DNA of 63,480 bases, counting the filler, from Phoronis australis (lineage: Eukaryota > Animalia > Phoronida): assembly GCA_002633005.1 (NCBI GenBank). It is 4 parts of 4 records of this genome, joined end to end, with 100 filler letters (N's around TTAATTAATTAA, not from the genome) between each part and the next. Parts side by side here need not be neighbours in the genome. Positions count along the whole stretch, not along the records: positions 1 to 30,593 come from NMRA01001026.1; 3 more parts are not named here. The stretch is one strand, 5' to 3'. The notes beneath the pieces were generated by a model. It was not told where the DNA came from, did not search any database, and was given only the letters and a program-made list of their open reading frames with translations. Made by a program: the position numbers and the translations under genes. Shown here one piece after another: positions 1 through 12,699 of this stretch (its first letter is position 1; each line of letters starts with the position of its first letter).

Positions 1-299
1 CTCCCGAGCTTGATTGCATCTCACCTTTCGGATCTGAATGACCAAATTGCCCCGTTCTTGCACACACAACTATTAATCAGCGACTGGCTTGCCCGTGTAT
101 CAGAACTGTATAAATCACAACGCTGCGATACTAAATCATGGAACAACTGGATTGCTTGTAAGTGTGGAATATTGTAGTTATATATTCTAACAATAAACCC
201 ATGTATTATTCACCAACTTTTAGTTTTCAATATCACCCTCAGTCCGCACCGGGCTCGTAAAATCGGGGCGCCTTGGTCGTAGATACCGCCCCCGTTACA

Positions 300-610
300 A
301 TACAAAGATTAACCAGACTCTGGCTGGCGACTGACTGCCGCGAAGTCGACATCGGCGAGTGCCTCAGTTAACAGGCAGCGGTAGAATAATCATGTAATAA
401 TCGTTAAAATGATCACAAACCTTACCTTTGTATGAGGTCGTGCTCACTTCCTCTCATAGAAGCACCCTTTTTACGCAATCTCAGATTCAGTTGGCACTGC
501 TGCAAGCCATTTCACCATGTATTTAAAGGGCTCGCGAAATCGAGGCTGTTAATCTATCACCACTAGTACACGCACGCCCTCTAGTGATTTTAGATTTTCC
601 GAATAGCCCC
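300..610. mobile_element. ISL2EU right-terminal fragment
   Basis: Near-identical to 38826-39136; ends GAATAGCCCC|AT. Confidence 0.8.
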
Positions 611-623
611 ATTTTCCTCGGTA

Positions 624-1241
624 ATTTTTTACACCGGCGTTTCTGATTGGCTAGTCGAATTCTCAACAGGCAGCGCTTTACGCAAACAAACTGGCATGAC
701 TGATGGACTGAAGTGTAAACATGGTCTGTTGTACATACAAATCGGTGCTTAAAATTTATGTTCATGAAATGTGAAGCCTAGAAATTGTGATTGCGCCTTT
801 TCGGAATGCATCTTTCTACTGTCGATGACTTTTGTTTACGATAGTGTCCTTTATTCATACAGTATGAATAACACACCGGTTAAATCGGCCAGATATGTGT
901 TTATTGTACATGTATGTTCTTCAAGCACGCGGCTATTAAACATCACTGAAGAAACGGATTAGTTGCTGCGACGCCACTTGCATGGCAAGGCTAAAGATCG
1001 TTCACAGTCCGCCATTTTTCACGGTGTTATAAAGCTAACCAATGACTGCAGAGGTTACATCGACCAATGCTAAAGCGCGTGCCACTGCGTGATACCTGCG
1101 TGCTGACTGGTCTAAGCGGTCACTTATAACTTTCATCGGGAATTTTTTTTTTACACCGGCGTTTCTGATTGGCTATTAGAATTCTCAACAGGCAGCGCTT
1201 TACGCAAACAAACTGGCATGACTGATGAACTGAAGTGTAAA
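624..1241 (+). repeat. Direct repeat of about 100 bp (624-722 and 1143-1241)
   Basis: tttttacaccggcgtttctgattggcta...actgaagtgtaaaca occurs twice. Confidence 0.8.
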
Positions 1242-1589
1242 CAAAGATACTATATTGACACCTTTCCGTGAGATATGGAAATTCTTCAAAATAAGAGAGC
1301 TTCCCACCTAAAACGAATTGGGAGTGTTGCCATAGCATTTCCCAGGCCTGATTTTTTCGAATACATGTTTTATCTAGTTCACTGCAGTCGGAAACTCAGT
1401 GCGGCAGACGGCATCCAGAACTAGCGGAGGTATAAGCCGGCGTGGTTCTTAATAATATGTTGCCAAGGAAAATGATTATTTTTAGTATGAAATGGAGGAC
1501 TTGTATCCAGAAAGTTTGCAAGTACAGACACTCGATGCTGATTTGAAATCAAACCTTGGGGGTCCAATAACATGTAGTGACGCAGTCCC

Positions 1590-2130
1590 GTAGAGTTCAA
1601 GTATTTTAAAAAGACGTCTCGCCGTTTATAAATCTTTTAACTAGTTTTGAGAGGGGGCCCTCTCCTGACCATACTGCGTCAAGGCGTCATTACTTTGATT
1701 CCGAAGGACAAGAACTCAAGAGAATACATTATGAATTGGATATTATTTTTACTTCAGTAATTCAGGATACGAATTATTATCTTAGGATATTGCCCAAAGG
1801 TCTTCAATAAATTCAACGCAACGAAATTTAAACTGGATTTCTTACCGTTTGTTTTATGAGAGAAAATACTAGGGTGATTTATAATATCCTACAGTATCCT
1901 CGAGTCAACTATATTTTCTGTCCTGAGGTTTTAATTGATTTGGAAAAAGCTTTCGATTCTCTGTCTTGGGGATTTCTAAAGAAAATTTCGAATCCTTTTG
2001 ATTTTGGTGACGATGTCATTCGATGGTTTATAATACAAAATGAAAGTGTACAAGTTTTTGTTATCCTGTATGGATTTATATCAAGCTACTTCAATATGTC
2101 TGGGGATTCCGGACAGGATCGCTTGTGACC
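1590..2130 (+). mobile_element. L1/Tx1-clade LINE reverse transcriptase relic
   Basis: LRQGVITLIPKDK..NW, TGF..RENTRVIYNILQY, IDLEKAFDSLSWGFL..FGDDVIRW; many stops. Confidence 0.8.
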
Positions 2131-2324
2131 TGACCCCTTTAGTTGTGCCCCAAAACTAAAGGGGCACCTATGTTGAGAAAATGTGACAATGAAAAAGACG
2201 TAAAACTACAATGTATGCTCTTTAAAATGCATTTTTAAGAAAATTATTCATTCATACTTACAGACAATATAAACAAGCAGTAAAACTGAACTGGTATGAT
2301 TGTGAACAATTAATGTTAATATTA

Positions 2325-2800
2325 TCTGCTTCCCACACACTCACATTCAACCTGGGTCATATATAACATTTTCAATGTTCTGCAAACAGAAGAACAATAG
2401 GGTTCATCCTCTAAAACGTCATATTTACTTGAACTCAAGTTTTTGTGAAAACTCCCAACAAATGAAGGCAATACCTTTTGACCAACAACTTCGTATCCAT
2501 TGTACACTAATTTAGTGACATTTTGCCGACGAATTTTTTCTTTCAAACTTACTGATTTATTTTGTTGGCTTTTCTCCTGGGTCAATTCAACTAGTAAGGG
2601 TTCCTGTCGTGGCATCTCTTATAGACTCCTCACGCAAAATAGTTAATTCGGCGGACAGCTGTTCATCAAAAGCAGAAGATTTCGTAATTTCATTTATCAT
2701 TACCAAAATATTAGTTTGCATTTCCAAATGTCTCAGGCGAAAATCTTACTTTTTCATTTGTTAAATTAAATTGTTTCAGATCGTATTGTTAAAAGGAGCA
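2325..2800 (-). mobile_element. L1/Tx1 ORF2 EN-RT linker relic, inverted
   Basis: Minus-strand pieces REESIRDAT..GEKPTK..ERKN and TKLVYNGYEVVGQK..FHKNLSSSK resemble the Tx1 GEKPTKYF linker. Confidence 0.6.
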
Positions 2801-3499
2801 CTTCAAAACGTAAGGAGTCGTGAATTGGGGGGTACAAGTCATCATTTTGGATATCATCTGTTCAAATTTGACTCTTTATTGTAAGGAAGTGCTATACACA
2901 AATTCAATTTAATGCAAATGTGCAGATGACACCGTACTCTTTCTATGTGGTTCAGAGTGCACACACTCCTGCGTAGAGTTCAATAACGCTAGGACATCGC
3001 AAGAAAAGCAAGACTGCGAGATATTGCAATGTATTTTAAACGAAATCACGTTATTTTGGCTAATTCTTTTAAGCCACGAGACAGCTACAGAACTCTACCC
3101 TGATCTTCTCTACCAGTTTGCAATGTATTCTAGCTTAACGCCTTTGTTAAAACAAACCTGCCCATTTATGGACCTAAGCTTTGTTGCGAAGAGATTTAAA
3201 ATGGGCAAATACACACTTCATGTCCTTTGGAATCAATTTTGGTCACTTTTCAGGCCATGATACACTTAAATTATGCAAAACTCTTTGAAATTAGAACTGG
3301 TTTTAAGAATGGTCAAAATGAATTTAACCGACTTCGACAAGGCCAGTTGTGAAGGCGTTGTTGCCAAAATTGATTGTTCAGTGTAAAATTGATCAATTTT
3401 CACCCTCGAGTTACATGTCAAACTAGTAATCAGGTTTTAATTGAGCTACTTCCCATTCTAAAAAATGCGAGATAACCGTGGTTGGTAACACACAGTCTT

Positions 3500-3950
3500 G
3501 GAAAAATTAAATAATTCATTGTTGTACTTCTGATGTTCAGACTCGGATTTGAAACTATGGTCGAAACCCTTAATTGCAGAACATCGGTGTTTGCCAGTCG
3601 CCTTCGTGTGCTGTTTCTGTGAGCAAAAGGAGACACTTTTACATTATTTTGTATCCGGAAGGCTCATTTTGGTATCGTTTAGAATCAAGAATGACGGATC
3701 AGCTAGAGTAATACAATTAAACACACCTACTCACGCCTTTGTTTGGACACCCTATCTGTAGACTGGAATATGATTTAATTATGTGTATGGCAAAATATTA
3801 TTAGTATAACTAACGGTTGCAAAACACAAATACCCAATTTTCAACTCGTGTTGTTAGGGAGTATCAGGCCTTGGAAAAAGTCATTAACTACTGTATTAGT
3901 TGAAGCGTGAACATTTCAAGACAAGGCGATTGATCTAGTTGGTTGGTGTA
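3500..3950 (+). mobile_element. L1/Tx1 ORF2 C-terminal Zn-knuckle relic
   Basis: CCFCEQKETLLHYF (CxxC..ET..H), followed by MAKYY-like residues. Confidence 0.55.
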
Positions 3951-3977
3951 CCATTATAAACTTCTCAACAGTCTTTT

Positions 3978-4856
3978 AATGCCACCCGATTTAATTAGTC
4001 TTTTTTATCGTCTTAATAGGTCTATCGCCTCTTATACGGTCGACCTCACCTTGCCGAAAGGTGTCGCGTTAACCTGTGAGGAAGGTGAGAAACGACGCAG
4101 CGACGTCAGTGGTTCATCTACAGAGAGAAAGCCACTTTCTCGCTTGTCCGAACAATGAAGCTTTGAAGAAAGCGGGTGTATCGTCTTTTTCGACTTCCTC
4201 GAGAGCCCGAAATGCTTAGGAAGTGACTCACGGTAGTGAAGAATGAAAAGTACGCAGTTAATAGCAAGTACGAGGCCGTGAAACATCTCCGTGTCTGTGG
4301 CCGGCATTTCGTCGACAGTGATTTCTCTGACGAATTCCGACTTACCAAAGAACTATCCATACGTTCCGTTGCCTTTTCATGATCACAGCACCACTCTAGT
4401 ATTTCTTGATCAATGTATTCTGGTTCGAACTGATAGCCTGCGAAACCTAACGATCCGAACCGTGAGGTGTTCGTTGGATGAGCTCTCGATTGGCGCCAGG
4501 CGAGTTGCCATGTAGACGTTTATTATTCCGCACAATGTTTCAAAATGAATTAATCTCACCCTAACCAATGCTTATATAAAACTGACACAAAGTCTGTCTC
4601 ATTAGATACAATTTGTAATGCCTTTGGAGTATTCGTGAGTGCAAATGTTTTGAGAAGCCAGCCGAATAAACCACTGCGTTACCGGCTTTAGATACAATAA
4701 AGGTAATTGACCGGGCACCGAGGCCGTGTGAGCGCATGCTAATTCAGTGTTTTCTGACACAAAGCTCTTGTGAAACAATAACTCGATTTTATATGCTATG
4801 GTCACATGTTAGGGGAATCATTGTTACTGTACAACCTTTGCCCTGACGGTTCTGTG
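3978..4856 (+). mobile_element. Left half of the same Kolobok-type element with THAP remnant
   Basis: Colinear with about 14716-15650. Translates PREPEMLRK*LTVVKNEKYAVNSKYEAVKHLRVCGRHFVDSDF (THAP CxxHF). Confidence 0.75.
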
Positions 4857-4984
4857 GAAGTAAGGTTTCCCATGAAACCATAGATTAACTACGAGTGTTT
4901 AAATTTTTAATTATTGGAGCTAAGTTTCGTAGACTTCAGAATTTCTGAAAGGAAGCTACAGTAATCACGTGATACGCTTATAAT

Positions 4985-5228
4985 TATCGTTGACCAAAAG
5001 GGTGACCGTTACGCCGTTCAATTACGTAATCTTGTTAAAGATGTGAAATAATTATTTAAAGGCGCAAAGTACTTATTTGTGACGTAAAGTAAGCACTTAA
5101 CGCCGCTAAATGTTACTTTACACCGAAAATAATTACATTAGTACACCTCTCAATAATTAATTTACGCCTCTAATTAACTTACGCAGGAAATTTACGGGCG
5201 TAACGTTCACCCATTAGGCCAACGATAT
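4985..5228. mobile_element. MITE
   Basis: Imperfect TIR of about 30 bp: tatcgttgaccaaaagggtgaccgttacgcc / ggcgtaacgttcacccattaggccaacgata. Confidence 0.65.
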
Positions 5229-5789
5229 GTAAGACAGCGTTTTCCCGTTCACTGACTTTACCAGACGAAGGGGGTTCTGAGCGTGTGATAACATCTAGCT
5301 TCTTTGTTAACTGTCAAGCACAGTCTTTTGTCTGTTATGACAACAGGCACGACAATTATCTACCAGGCTTATTACAGACCACGTGTGAACACCGACAAAC
5401 CCAGAGTGAATTGGTACATTCGGAAAGAATAGATTATCGTAACTTCGGTTGCAGTTGGGCGATTTTGGCTAATCAAAAACTAAACATGAGCACCATTTGA
5501 CGAGGATTTCAGAAATGCTATTGGTTTATGTTCAAATATGTTATAACTTAACTTTTATTTTAACAGCACAGCCCAGTCAGGCTAGATACGATCTTATTGA
5601 AGATTAGAGCAATTATCGAATAAAAGATAACTGGCCCTCCAACCATGAATGTCAGAATGGAGTTAATCAGTCGTGTAAGATATTGGCTACAGGGGTAAAC
5701 TTCCCAACTTGTTGTTGGGTTACAGAATCGAACAAGTTGGGTTCAACGGGAAAACGCCGTAATGATTGCGACATCTTGCGAAAGCGTTC

Positions 5790-6470
5790 TCACAAGCTTC
5801 TCGCGTCTACGAAGCGCACGCCTGTTTCTATGCGCCCACATATTTATGAGTCAACACATTATGCCGTCATCCCCGTCCGTCCGTCCGTCCGGCGTCCGCT
5901 ACTCTATCTCACTGAGTCCAAAACCCTTTGACGAATATGTTCACGAAATTTTGTACGTGTTCCTTTTATAGATGGGACGGCATGAGCGAACTTTTGGACG
6001 GATCCCGGCGACTACTAGTGTGCCCCCTAGTGTCAATTTTAGTTTTTTTACGTTTACCTCAAAGGTCCTCAACGGATTTTCATAAAACTTGGAATATATG
6101 CTTCTATTGGTGAGATGAATCTATCCTCTCGTTTTCGGATGGTATTTTGGGCCACCTAGTGGCCATTTTTGCTGTTTCCGTATCTGTCTTTTGCTGTCCA
6201 CCCCTCTATAAGGCAAACCATCCTAAGGATGTGCTCTCAGCGTGAAGAGGACCGGCGGTTGACGATGACTTCGAGTCCTGTGGCGCCTCCTAGTGTTAGT
6301 TTCGTTTTGCGCTTTTAGCTGTACTCCCAATAAACGAGTAAGCGTATTTAAGTGAAGCTAACAACAGACGACTTTCAGGAAGATCCAACGAACGTTGTAC
6401 CCCCTAATGGCCATTTCATTTTTTCTATTCATGAAACGGGTAGCATAGCATCGGCAAGAAATAAATAATG
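5790..6470 (+). mobile_element. Helentron/DINE-1-like non-autonomous element
   Basis: (CCGT)n microsatellite at about 5872-5890, followed by degenerate units of about 125 bp (gaaattttg/aaaacttgg ... cctagtgg). This layout is typical of HINE/DINE-1-like repeats; the ends are approximate. Confidence 0.5.
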
Positions 6471-7668
6471 GCACTTATTTCCGAAAGTTTCTAATCCCGT
6501 AAAACACGTTTGCGTTATTTTTAAGGGGGGATTATTTAATTACTCGTAATTGGTGTTTTTAAAGTCAAAATGACCCATTATATTGAACACTTCCGCACCC
6601 TTAAGTCCCCCGCATCTCCCGAAAAATAACTGTTACGCATCCAGTCACCCGGTGACTCAATGACATCGGCCTTACCGAGACAATTCTCGAACGTTTTTTA
6701 GCAGATGAGATCATCAAGTGCTAAATGAAACACTTTCTGCTTTACTGCTTGTATTAATTTCCTTAGTTACAATGCTCACCTAGGTTGTTACATCGCGTTT
6801 ACTCTGGCAACTGAACTCTGAATGGATCTTGACCAAGCACCTTGACCTACATTTTGCTGCGGCCGACGTCACAAGAATGGTGTAAAATTGAGCCACAGGT
6901 CACGAGAGTTCATGAACCAGAAAATTTATGTCCCTGATCAGTGGCGTATTTGTGTGGAAAATAAATCTTTGTGTCCGACGTTGAATCAACTCTTTGTTTC
7001 CCGTTTTGTAATAATTATTTTTAACTATATATAGGAATTAAGATGAAGGCTTTTAGAAAATCTACGCTGTTGAGGTTGCTTGGCCTAAATGCGCCGGGAT
7101 AAAATATAATATTCTATTGTAACGGGAATCGGTGGAGCGACCAGCACCGATCTACTTAGTTTCTAAAATGTCGACTGTTCGTAGCCGATAAAAATATTTG
7201 CAGTGTTGTGTACTTTTTCACTCGTTCGAATCACATACTAGAGAACCATGGTGACAACTTATAGAGAGTGATGAAGAAGATAAATATACTGAATTTTATT
7301 ATGCAATATATATGAAACACAAATCTACAAACTCACAACTCATCGCTAACTTCCGTCGACATCGCAGCTTTAACTTTTAACCCAAAGAATTAATAAACAA
7401 GAAGTATTTAAAAGGCCCAAACAGTTAGTTTGCTTGGCTGAGATTCCTTGCGGATGGAGTCGAGACCCGGCAGAATCCGAAGTTTTAGCGCGAGGGGCCC
7501 ATTTTTATAGGCTTATTCGCACCGCGAATGTTCCAAATTACGCTAAAATAGGGGTCTCAAGATAAATGTGAAAACCAATCAGAATAGAACTAAAAATTTC
7601 GTCATCGGAAGCTCCATATAAGGAATTGACCATCTTACACCCCTTTAAAATATAATAACACACTCTNC

Positions 7669-7902
7669 ATCGGTAGAATAATCATGGAATAATCGTTAAA
7701 ATGATCACAAACCTTACCTTTGTATGAGGTCGTGCTTACTTCCCCTCATAGAAGCACCCTTTTTACGCAATCTCAGATTCAGTTGGCACGGCTGCAAGCC
7801 ATTTCACCATGTATTTAAAGGGCTCGCGAAATCGAGGCTGTTAATCTATCACCACTAGTACACGCACGCCCTCTAGTTGTTGTAGATTTTCCGAATAGCC
7901 CC
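7669..7902. mobile_element. ISL2EU right-terminal fragment
   Basis: Near-identical to about 38902-39136; starts at a single-n contig join. Confidence 0.8.
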
Positions 7903-10900
7903 AGTGTGGCCAAGCAACATATGAGTCGGTCAAATAAACCAGTTTTTACTCTTCAATCGTCTAGGTTTTCAGCGAATTCATTGGTCAGTAGTTGTCATAA
8001 CGTTCACCCGATAAACTTCATATAATAAATTTATTTCACCATGCGGTAAACTGCAGTTTCAACGACATAAGTCTTAGTTGGAGTTCGGGCAAACACGACT
8101 GAGTGAGTGTCGACAGTCCCATTTGACAACAGGTGCATTAGGATAATGAAATTTAATCTTTTATGTCAAATATGCATAAAGAACTTTGACAATCACTTTT
8201 AGCTTTTACACAATTCCCAGTTGTGTACGTTGAGATTAAACATTCCGTAGACCCATTTTTCGGTGAGAAGTTAGTGCCTATACCTAGCTATGTTATTCAG
8301 CATTTTTAGTTAGGCAGTGAAGTGAAATTGATATCCCACTTTGTAGCCTACAGTATTGCAAACCTAACTGGGCAGCATGACCCTCTTGTCTTTGCCAACA
8401 CACCAGCTTTTAAAGCGGCTACTGATAAACCGGGCGCACTTTCCGCCAGAGATTTTGGCAACTCACAAACCATAATTTCTAATTAGGTTGAAATCCAACC
8501 ACCCATATTTTTAAATCATTCGTGAATTACACATGATGTACATGTTAGGTTTTATTCTTTTTAGATATTTTCGGTTTTTAGTGTTTCGTTAGCCAACAAT
8601 GATTCAGCAAACACAACGGCAGCTAATAGGGTTTTCCTAGAAGCGGCTGTAACATTTTTTGTACTTTCAACACTAAGGCAAAAGAGACTGGTTTCAATAT
8701 ATATGAGTATCTATTTAATACAGCTACTGGCATGCACTATAAACATGTTGGTGGTCATTATTAATAACAGCTGACAGTATAAACAAAGAGGGAAGCACTG
8801 AGCTTATCATGTTGCAACGGCGGTGTGACGTCAGCAGCTGTAGCATGTAGGTCAAGGTGCTTGGTCAAGATTCTCCATTCTGCGCACGCGCTCGCGCAAA
8901 AGGTACCCGCTCATCCAAAACCTTTACGGCAAACTCGCTCGCTGTCTCACACAATACGCAGACGAACTTTAAAGCAAACATCACGTGACAGCAACGTGTG
9001 TTCGTCCGGAGATTTTTCTCGTGTTGCGGAGTAGATGAACTAGCGCAGATTTGGACTTAATATGCTGTTAATACCGACTCCACGAGAACTTAAAAATCTT
9101 AGGGACGCTATTTTGACAACTTTAAGTAGGACTTCAGGTAATTTGTTGAATAGAAACTATATTTTTACTCAAGAATTCAAGTTGACCTATCGGCGATCGC
9201 GAGGCAGCGACGCATCAGTCGGCGAGTTTAAAAGGGAACTGTATTTCATTCTGAATAAATTCTGGATAGTTTTCTATGAATTGTTGATTAATTTCACAAA
9301 TAATTCAACACCAAAAATTAAACTTATATTCTCTAACGAAGCTCAAAAAATTACCGGCTTGGAGCGCTGCTTGGTCTCGTGACGTATTTGGCGGGGGCCA
9401 AGTCACTGTCCTGTGTTATCGCGCAATCAAGTAGCGTTTTTCATATTGTCGCAATAAGAAATTTTAGTGTGAAATGTCGGGTCACAAGGGATACCTGTTT
9501 GAGCCGAGGCAACACAAAGTGATACCCAGTCATCGTCATCGTCAGACGAAAATTTGCCGGTGCAACTGGTGTCAGTGACTGTGCCGAGGGCAATGTGGAC
9601 TCTAGCCATCCAGTCAGCCAGCTGTCAGCCAATACTCAGCTCTGTAAACTTGAAGGGTTGGTAAGATACCGACTGTAGCTGTATGAAGACTATCGTACCA
9701 CTGTGTGTTGAGCTCCGTTAACCCCGAAATTTCAGACAGCCGTTGACTACCCGGGTATAGTTGACTCAGTTATGCTCGTCACCTCGTCGTAAAACTTAGG
9801 CTACATCGACATATAAAGCTAACGGACCGGCGGGGGCGCATGCAAAATCTGNACCGCTAGAGTTCTGAGATCCAGCAGGTGTGCCGAGACAAAGGCGGCC
9901 AGACGTAGGAAACTCGGGAGTTAAAATCTGAGATAGCCCTGCACCATAGCCACCAACCTGAAAAGTGCGTATCTTGGAACTAATATATTTGTGTTTATTA
10001 TAGCGTTCGAGTTATCAGGCAACATCGCTAAGTTCAGCTGCTCGTGTGGCCGCGAGTAGTGATCGATAGTTTACGCTTTTCAACATCATTTTTCGGGTTA
10101 GGACAAGTCAAAAAATGACGGGATATTATTCTGGAGCAGCATAACGGCTGTTGGTGCTACACACGCCATATCAACACCGTTTCCCCATTCTTAGCGGACA
10201 ATTTCTTGAGCTATATACTAATGTAAGTTTTACTCGACTACGTGTGGTTTGTCGGGTAAAATGGCGGCTTGGAAACGCAGACGAAGGTGTGCCAAGAATG
10301 CTGCGTTCTGATTGGTCAATTAAGCCGACCGTCATAATCCTGGCGATAGGTCAATTATAGAGGAGGCTTTATGTTACTCATCAGCATTGAACTCATGTGG
10401 TGGTTACACTGCAGGGTAACAAGGGAGTCTAGAAATAAATAATATATCTAGCTAAGCTAATATAGCAGCGAGAGAGCTCCCAATAAGTCACAGTGCGGTG
10501 TGAATTCCTTAAAATCGACCAAGAAACAAAACAGCAGAAAATAGGTTTGTTATCTGATATTGCTTACTAGCATAGTACGGTAATGGGCTGGTGTTTTTTC
10601 GTCAAATACAAGTATGTTCTTCACCCAGTGTCCAATTCGATTGTGGATTGCTGGATTGACATGCATGCGTGTACACGCGTGTGTGCGTTTCCGTCCTTTT
10701 AAATTCAGTAGAAGCTGACGGTAAGTTAACTATAGGCAGCCCTCTGTCGTTGGCAAAAACGAGAATTTAACTACCGTGTTTGCTTGCTCTGAGAAAACAC
10801 CGACGAGCGCGTTCACACTTTTGGGAAAAAGTAGGTCTAGACTCAATAAAAACTTTGGTCAATGGAGATAGACTTCTCTTGTTAATAGTGCCAATGGTGC

Positions 10901-10965
10901 ACATTCTCACAGACTTTATACAAGCAACTTACTTGATGGAAAAGATTTCCAAGTTTAGATGCCAC

Positions 10966-11966
10966 AATTCCGAATGTTCGCTACTCCGAAGGTCCATTAC
11001 TCCGATGGTCCGCCACCTTCAAAGGTTCATTATTTCGAGTCCACAATTCCAAAACCACAGAACTCAGACAGTAAATTTTATTCTTAAATATAAGCACAGC
11101 CCCAGGAGTCGCTTAGCATTATATCCAGGTTCTAATTCACACCCTAGCTTGCACATATTCACTAGTACGACCGAGCTCAGATGAGTAAGACACCTTTGTG
11201 CAATGCTCGATTGGCAGCCAGTGAAGCCAGGCTTCGAACCCAACCTCCCAATCAGGATTCCCGACCTCAAACCACTGGGCTACACGGTTCATTACTCTGA
11301 TTTTCTGCTAATGAGTCGTAAAAACATGAATAAATTATTGTATTTGCATTTAGTAACCATTTAAAGGGTGTGCAAAAGTTGACTAGTTCTTATTGATTTC
11401 GTTGTTTACAAATGAGTTCGGTTCCAATTATTGCCAATCGTGATTCTTGAATCTAACTAACGACTCATCCACAAGCATGGACAGCATCTGGGGCACGGGT
11501 CAAGGCTGTGGCGACCAACGGTTTTAAATTTAAGAAGACAGAATGGGGCTCACTGACTTCGTGAACATTTAATTTCGACCCGCCGTGTGCGTGGCACAGG
11601 TGAGTGAGGTTCAGGCGCAGCGGCCCTAAACTTTTCAGTAGCGCTGTGAAATGATGCGACCTTGACATGGATTTGATGAATATAACGTGGTTGATAATTC
11701 ATCAATATTCCCACTCCATGTTTTTAAATGCAATAACGTTCTCATTGTTCCGTGTTTTTAAGACATGCGGGTAATTTCACAGGTGCATGAACTCCAAACA
11801 AAGTATTTTAGTACCCGGGCGTTGTTTTCGGTATAGCTACACCGTTCAGTGTATGTATTATTCATTTTTGCATGTAAAAGTGTAAAAATTACACGAGTTG
11901 AAAAAAGTTAGATCTTTTCATAGTAGTGAACCTTCGAAGTAGTGAACCTTCGGAATGGTGAACCGA
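10966..11966. repeat. Foldback-like element with inverted 16-17-bp tandem arrays (SINE nested inside)
   Basis: ggttc(g/a)(c/t)tactccgaa-type units at 10970-11040; inverse gtagtgaaccttcg units at 11922-11966. Confidence 0.45.
11077..11290 (-). mobile_element. tRNA-derived SINE
   Basis: Minus strand: A box TAGCCCAGTGG, B box GGTTCGAAGCC, body, and an AT-rich tail (..gcttatatttaagaataaa). Confidence 0.65.
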
Positions 11967-12699
11967 ATGATGAGTAGTCAGTGGACTGTTCCCATTTCCA
12001 ACGATGTAAGCAACTTAAGTAACACACAAATATATAACTAGATAAAAATTTCGTCAAGTTATTCTCCGACTAAATATTTCTGTCCGAGTAGGTGTAATCA
12101 CTCATTTAAGCATGCCTGATTTGAACCACATTATATCCGAATTGAGTCTCGTTCGTTGCAAGCAAACGTCACGGCATCCTCATCTCTGGTAATAGTAATT
12201 CTGTCTCATCTCAAAAACATAGAACTGAGAGTCATCGTTGTGTATACAAATTTCCTTCCTCTTAAGCTGCGTCAACTGTGGGCCTTAATGAAAACTCTAC
12301 AATTTCGACGGACGTTTGTAAAATATCAAAGGTACACCAATCAAGAAATTCGAACCACCCCCTGCGCAATGCTGGCTAAGGGCCTGATGTATAACTTTTG
12401 TTATAGACAAGTTAACACGAAACTCAAAGCTATTCAAAGGCCTTCCTGAGAAAGCTTTAAAAATAGTTTTAAACATAACAAATCAAATGCAATCAAAGAA
12501 AATACTTCGTTTTGATCTTCGGACTTTTCTATAGGTCAACAGGAAATGACAATTTGCAAACGTAATCCGTAATCACTTCAGGTTTATAAAGAAGCAGGAC
12601 AACTGCATAATATGGGGCTTTAAAACTGAAAGATTATGGTCTGGATAATGAGTGACAAACTTGCCTGTTGATGAAAAATTTACTTGATTATCAAAGTAT

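Noticed and set aside
11200-11290. tRNA gene
   Set aside because: A and B boxes are present but there is no complete cloverleaf, and it continues into a SINE-like body and tail.
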